This document shows positions 60,349-64,000 of a stretch of 64,000 nucleotides of DNA, one piece after another. Under the pieces are notes generated by a model that worked only from the letters and a program-made list of their open reading frames with translations, was not told where the DNA came from and ran no database searches. How positions within the stretch are numbered: the first letter of the stretch is position 1; each line of letters begins with the position of its first letter. The translations under genes were made by a program, and so were the position numbers. The stretch is from Dehalococcoidia bacterium (lineage in GTDB: Bacteria > Chloroflexota > Dehalococcoidia > Lucifugimonadales > VXLM01), in NCBI GenBank assembly GCA_963662435.1, contig OY759598.1, forward strand, positions 1,520,507-1,584,506, written 5' to 3'.

Positions 60349-61341
60349 CTATGAGACCGGCTGCCTCGCGTGGTCGAGCACGGGCGAGTTGACGAGATTG
60401 TCCGGCATTTGGCCGTTGAAGACGCGGACGACCTCGGCAGCGGCGCGTTGCTCCAGTTCGAGGGTGGCTTCCTGTGAGAAGAACGCGGTGTGAGGCGTGA
60501 CGACTACGTTATCAAGCTGGATGATGCGATGATCCAGCGGAGGGTCAATATCGACCAAGACATCCAGTCCGGCGCCCGCAATCTTGCCTGTCGTGAGGGC
60601 GTCGTGGAGGGCGTCTTCATCTATCAGACCGCCACGCGCGCAGTTGATGAGAAAGGCATCGTCGCGCATCATTTTGAATTGGGCAGTGCTCATCATGTTT
60701 GCGGTCGGCGGAATTAGCGGTGAGTGGAGCGTAACAAAATGAGACTCCCTCAGGAGGTCGTCCAACTCAACCTTGCGTACACCGACTTCAGCCATGGCCT
60801 CCTCGCTGACGAACGGGTCTGATGCGATGGCCTCCATGCCGAACGCCCTGGCCTTCTCGGCGGCGGAACGTCCGATTCGTCCAAATCCCACAACACCAAA
60901 TGTCTTGGCCCGCAGGCGCATTATGCGAAAACCAAGGCCGGCGTTACCCCAGCCGTTTCGCTTGGTGTCGTCGTTGTGCATAACGATCCGGCGGTTCCAA
61001 CCGAGCATGAGACCGACGACGTGGTCGGACACCTCGTCCACGCAGTAGTCGGGAACGTAGGTAACAACTATCCCGAGTTCAGTGGCAGTGTCCACCGCGA
61101 TGTTGTCGACGCCCACACCGTATCGGCTGATGACGATGCAGCGCTCCGCGGCCCTGACGACGTTCTCAGTAACCTTGGCGAAGCACGTCATAATGCCGTC
61201 CACGTCACGTGCGAGTTTGATCAATGTCTCCTCATCGCCCGAAGGGGCAACGATCAATTCTGCCCCGGCGGCTTCTATTACCTCTCGCTCCGGATCGGTA
61301 GTAGGCCAAACGTAGTCGGTCACCAGTACTTTCTTCGTCAT
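60349..61341 (-). CDS. D-isomer-specific 2-hydroxyacid dehydrogenase (CtBP/SerA-like)
   Basis: RYGVGVDN, GVVGFGRIG, INCARG, TPHTAF. Confidence 0.9.
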   Translation of the reverse strand: MTKKVLVTDYVWPTTDPEREVIEAAGAELIVAPSGDEETLIKLARDVDGIMTCFAKVTENVVRAAERCIVISRYGVGVDNIAVDTATELGIVVTYVPDYCVDEVSDHVVGLMLGWNRRIVMHNDDTKRNGWGNAGLGFRIMRLRAKTFGVVGFGRIGRSAAEKARAFGMEAIASDPFVSEEAMAEVGVRKVELDDLLRESHFVTLHSPLIPPTANMMSTAQFKMMRDDAFLINCARGGLIDEDALHDALTTGKIAGAGLDVLVDIDPPLDHRIIQLDNVVVTPHTAFFSQEATLELEQRAAAEVVRVFNGQMPDNLVNSPVLDHARQPVS

Positions 61342-61477
61342 GATTGCGCTCCCGTGCTGAACTTCATGCGAACGCCATTGTAGCGCATTGTTGGGCGATT
61401 GCCTCAATGCTCAACTGGAGAAAGGCTTGCACTCCACCGTTCATAGCTCTAGAATATTCGCAAACAGATCCAGCGAC

Positions 61478-61584
61478 CTTTAAGGCAGTCCCGCGAGGCT
61501 GGCAAGGCGTGAACGACACCGACCTACCTTCTTGGTAGGCGGGTTGATACGGCCCTCTGCCACCTCCGGCAAGAGGGTTTTTTT
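61478..61584 (+). promoter_or_regulatory. PyrR-binding attenuator leader
   Basis: CTTTAAGGCAGTCCCGCGAGGCTGGCAAG fits the PyrR binding-loop consensus (ARUCCnGnGAGGYU) and is followed by a terminator. Confidence 0.85.
61553..61584 (+). terminator. Intrinsic terminator of the pyr attenuator
   Basis: CCCTCTGCC-ACCTCC-GGCAAGAGGG followed by a T run. Confidence 0.8.
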
Positions 61585-62163
61585 GTGGTAGAACGTCCTT
61601 CGGACATCGCACGGGAAGAAACTGCGAATGGTGGTCGGCAGGTGCTCGACCGTGAGCAGATACGTCGTGCCCTCATCCGCATCGCACACGAGATACTCGA
61701 AGGTAACGTTCGGGACCCCGAGATCGTCGTTGTGGGCATTCATTCGGGTGGCGTCCCTCTGGCGGAACGGACGGCGGATTTCATTGAGGAATTCGAGGGG
61801 AGGAGACCGCCGGTCGGTCAACTCGACATCGGATTGTATCGCGACGATCTGAATCGCAGGGGACGGCCTGTCATGCGGCCTACCAGCATCCCCGTGCCCA
61901 TCGAGGGAAGGCCGGTCGTATTGATTGACGACGTGCTCTACACGGGGCGCACCGTGCGTGCGGCGATGGACGCGCTCAACGACTTTGGAAGGCCCAGTCG
62001 CGTACAGCTTGCTGTGCTCATTGACCGAGGCCACCGGGAACTACCGATCCGCGCCGACTACGTGGGCAGAAACATCCCCACTTCGCTTGATGAGGAGGTC
62101 AGGGTACATCTTCGAGAGACCACGGACGATGACGAAGTTGTCATTCTGAGGAGGAGAGCATGA
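61585..62163 (+). CDS. pyrR: PyrR attenuation protein / uracil phosphoribosyltransferase
   Basis: [44 protein letters not shown]; start uncertain. Confidence 0.95.
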   Translation: MVERPSDIAREETANGGRQVLDREQIRRALIRIAHEILEGNVRDPEIVVVGIHSGGVPLAERTADFIEEFEGRRPPVGQLDIGLYRDDLNRRGRPVMRPTSIPVPIEGRPVVLIDDVLYTGRTVRAAMDALNDFGRPSRVQLAVLIDRGHRELPIRADYVGRNIPTSLDEEVRVHLRETTDDDEVVILRRRA

Positions 62164-63167
62164 CTACCAGAGGTTCCGGTCTAGCGATGACCACTTCGGC
62201 GTCTAGGTCCCACCTCGCGAACCGGCGTCACGTGCTAGATCTCGACGACTTTTCCCGTGAGGAGATTGAAGAGATCCTTCAGAACACGGACGTGATGAAG
62301 GAGGTCCTGAGCCGGGACATTCGGAAGGTGCCGACCCTTCGAGGCAAGACAATTTATACACTCTTCTACGAGGCAAGCACGAGGACAAGGGCCTCGTTCG
62401 AGCAGGCGGGGAAGGTGATGAGCGCGGACGTAATCAACGTCTCCGCCGGTGGATCGAGCGTTGAGAAGGGCGAGTCTCTATACGACACGGCACTTACGCT
62501 CCAGGCCATGAACGCCGACATGATCATTATGCGGCACTCACATCCGGGTGCGCCCTACTTCCTGGCACGCAACCTCGATTCCCCAATCGTTAACGCAGGT
62601 GACGGGGCACATGCTCACCCGACGCAGGCGCTCCTCGACCTGTACACGATACAGACGCATCTGGGACGAATCGAAGGCCTGAAGGTGACCATCGTTGGAG
62701 ACATTCTCTACAGCAGGGTGGTGCGCTCAAACCTGTGGGGCCTTACCACGATGGGGGCGCAAGTGACTTTGTGCGGGCCTCCCACGCTGATACCGCCCGA
62801 CTTTCTGAAGGGATTCCCGGAGGAACATCCATTTGCGGGAGTGACGATCGATAACAGCGTGGATGCCGCAGTAGAAGGAGCGGACGTCGTGATGGCGTTA
62901 CGGCTCCAGATCGAGCGTCAACGGGCGGGGCATCTGCCGAGCCTCAGAGAGTATTCCCGGATGTACGGGGTGAATGCTTCACGGATGAAGTTGGCAAAGC
63001 CAAACGCCCTTGTCATGCATCCGGGACCGATGAACGAGGGAGTTGAGATCGACGCGGACGTTGCACACGGGGCCGCATCGGTTATCGAGGAGCAGGTCAC
63101 GAACGGCGTTGCCGTAAGAATGGCCCTGTTGTACAGCCTCGTGGGCACCAACGGAAGTGGCGGGTGA
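62160..63167 (+). CDS. pyrB: Aspartate carbamoyltransferase
   Basis: [35 protein letters not shown]. Confidence 0.96.
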   Translation: MTTRGSGLAMTTSASRSHLANRRHVLDLDDFSREEIEEILQNTDVMKEVLSRDIRKVPTLRGKTIYTLFYEASTRTRASFEQAGKVMSADVINVSAGGSSVEKGESLYDTALTLQAMNADMIIMRHSHPGAPYFLARNLDSPIVNAGDGAHAHPTQALLDLYTIQTHLGRIEGLKVTIVGDILYSRVVRSNLWGLTTMGAQVTLCGPPTLIPPDFLKGFPEEHPFAGVTIDNSVDAAVEGADVVMALRLQIERQRAGHLPSLREYSRMYGVNASRMKLAKPNALVMHPGPMNEGVEIDADVAHGAASVIEEQVTNGVAVRMALLYSLVGTNGSGG

Positions 63168-63532
63168 CCGAAATGGGAAGGGCGCCACTCCGCGAAAGGG
63201 CTACGGTAGTTGTAAGACGGGACGGCAAGGTCCTACTGGTCCATGGTCGCACGCCAACATTCGCCATGCCGGGGGGCGGAATTGAGCCAGGCGAGTCACC
63301 TGAGGATGCGGCAGAACGCGAGCTTCTTGAGGAAACGGGCCTGAAAGCAACAAATTGCCAGTTTCAATTCATCCTGGAAACGGGTGGGCATAGACACCAC
63401 GTTTGCCTGGCTGAGGCCGAAGGCGAGGTACAAGCGGGCCCGGAAATTCACGAGTACCTGTGGTGGAATCGGAGGGGCAGCATTCCGATTTATTCTCACG
63501 TTGATTCTATTCTTGAGGCTCTGAGCATATGA
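63164..63532 (+). CDS. NUDIX hydrolase
   Basis: Nudix box PGGGIEPGESPEDAAERELLEETGL. Confidence 0.9.
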   Translation: MTEMGRAPLRERATVVVRRDGKVLLVHGRTPTFAMPGGGIEPGESPEDAAERELLEETGLKATNCQFQFILETGGHRHHVCLAEAEGEVQAGPEIHEYLWWNRRGSIPIYSHVDSILEALSI

Positions 63533-64000
63533 CGCCCTCTTCTCCGATTGTCATCAAGAACGGTCGAGTGGTCGATCCCTCCCAGGGTATCGACGAGGTA
63601 GCCAACGTCGTAATCGATGACGGGAAGGTAGTTGGCGTCGACGCCAACTGGGACCCGGTTGGCGCCGAGGTCATAGATGCGACCGGTATGATCGTGTGTC
63701 CGGGATTCATCGACCTGCATACCCATCTCAGGGAGCCGGGGATCGAATACAAAGAGACCATTGCGACGGGCACTGCGGCAGCGGCGAGAGGTGGCTTCAC
63801 GACCGTTTGCGCCATGCCAAACACCAGCCCTGTAATGGACTCACGCTCCATCGTGGACTTTGTGCTCGCCAAGGCCGCGGAAGAGGGAGTGGTTAGAGTC
63901 CTGCCGATTGGGGCGGTCACCAAGGGGAGCCATGGGAAGGAACTGGCCGAGATGGGTGAACTTGCCGATGTGGGTGCTATCGGGTTCAGTGACGACGGAC
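63529..64000 (+). CDS. pyrC: Dihydroorotase (partial; runs off the window)
   Basis: Translated by hand: MTPSSPIVIKNGRVVDP...PGFIDLHTHLREPG...AAARGGFTTVCAMPNT. Confidence 0.93.
   Translation, partial: MTPSSPIVIKNGRVVDPSQGIDEVANVVIDDGKVVGVDANWDPVGAEVIDATGMIVCPGFIDLHTHLREPGIEYKETIATGTAAAARGGFTTVCAMPNTSPVMDSRSIVDFVLAKAAEEGVVRVLPIGAVTKGSHGKELAEMGELADVGAIGFSDDG

Overview
Positions 1 to ~51386 are the right-hand part of an integrative conjugative element (ICE) inserted at the 3' end of tRNA-Ser(GGA); its other end lies left of the window. In order it carries: (1) a minus-strand DNA-processing ('leading-region'-type) operon with a ubiquitin-like PRTRC-C protein, SF2 helicase, adenine MTase, RadC, SSB, Cas4-like nuclease, Rad52-like annealase and primase; (2) a plus-strand minimal T4SS operon (VirB6-, pilin-, PrgI-, VirB4-, VirD4-like) ending in a Replic_Relax-type relaxase; (3) three XRE regulators and an AlpA excisionase; (4) a type I-E CRISPR-Cas cargo with 128 repeats, a frameshifted cas5 and an IS630 inserted 1 nt before the cas3 start; (5) a DEDDh exonuclease and a tyrosine integrase. 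Host genes follow: two tRNA-Ser, argD/argB/argJ, UPF0182, and a PyrR-attenuated pyrR-pyrB-nudix-pyrC operon. A Chloroflexota/Dehalococcoidia-like host is my unverified impression. The best novelty candidate lies between cas3 and cas8e: a repeat/20-nt spacer/repeat mini-array with compensatory stem changes. Its spacer matches 14 of its first 17 nt (next to an AAT PAM) at the -10/start region of a near-consensus sigma70 promoter that drives a 59-aa ORF absent from the ORF track. This looks like a Cascade-repressed small-protein (CreTA/CreR-like) module. All family assignments come from motif recognition by eye, not database searches.
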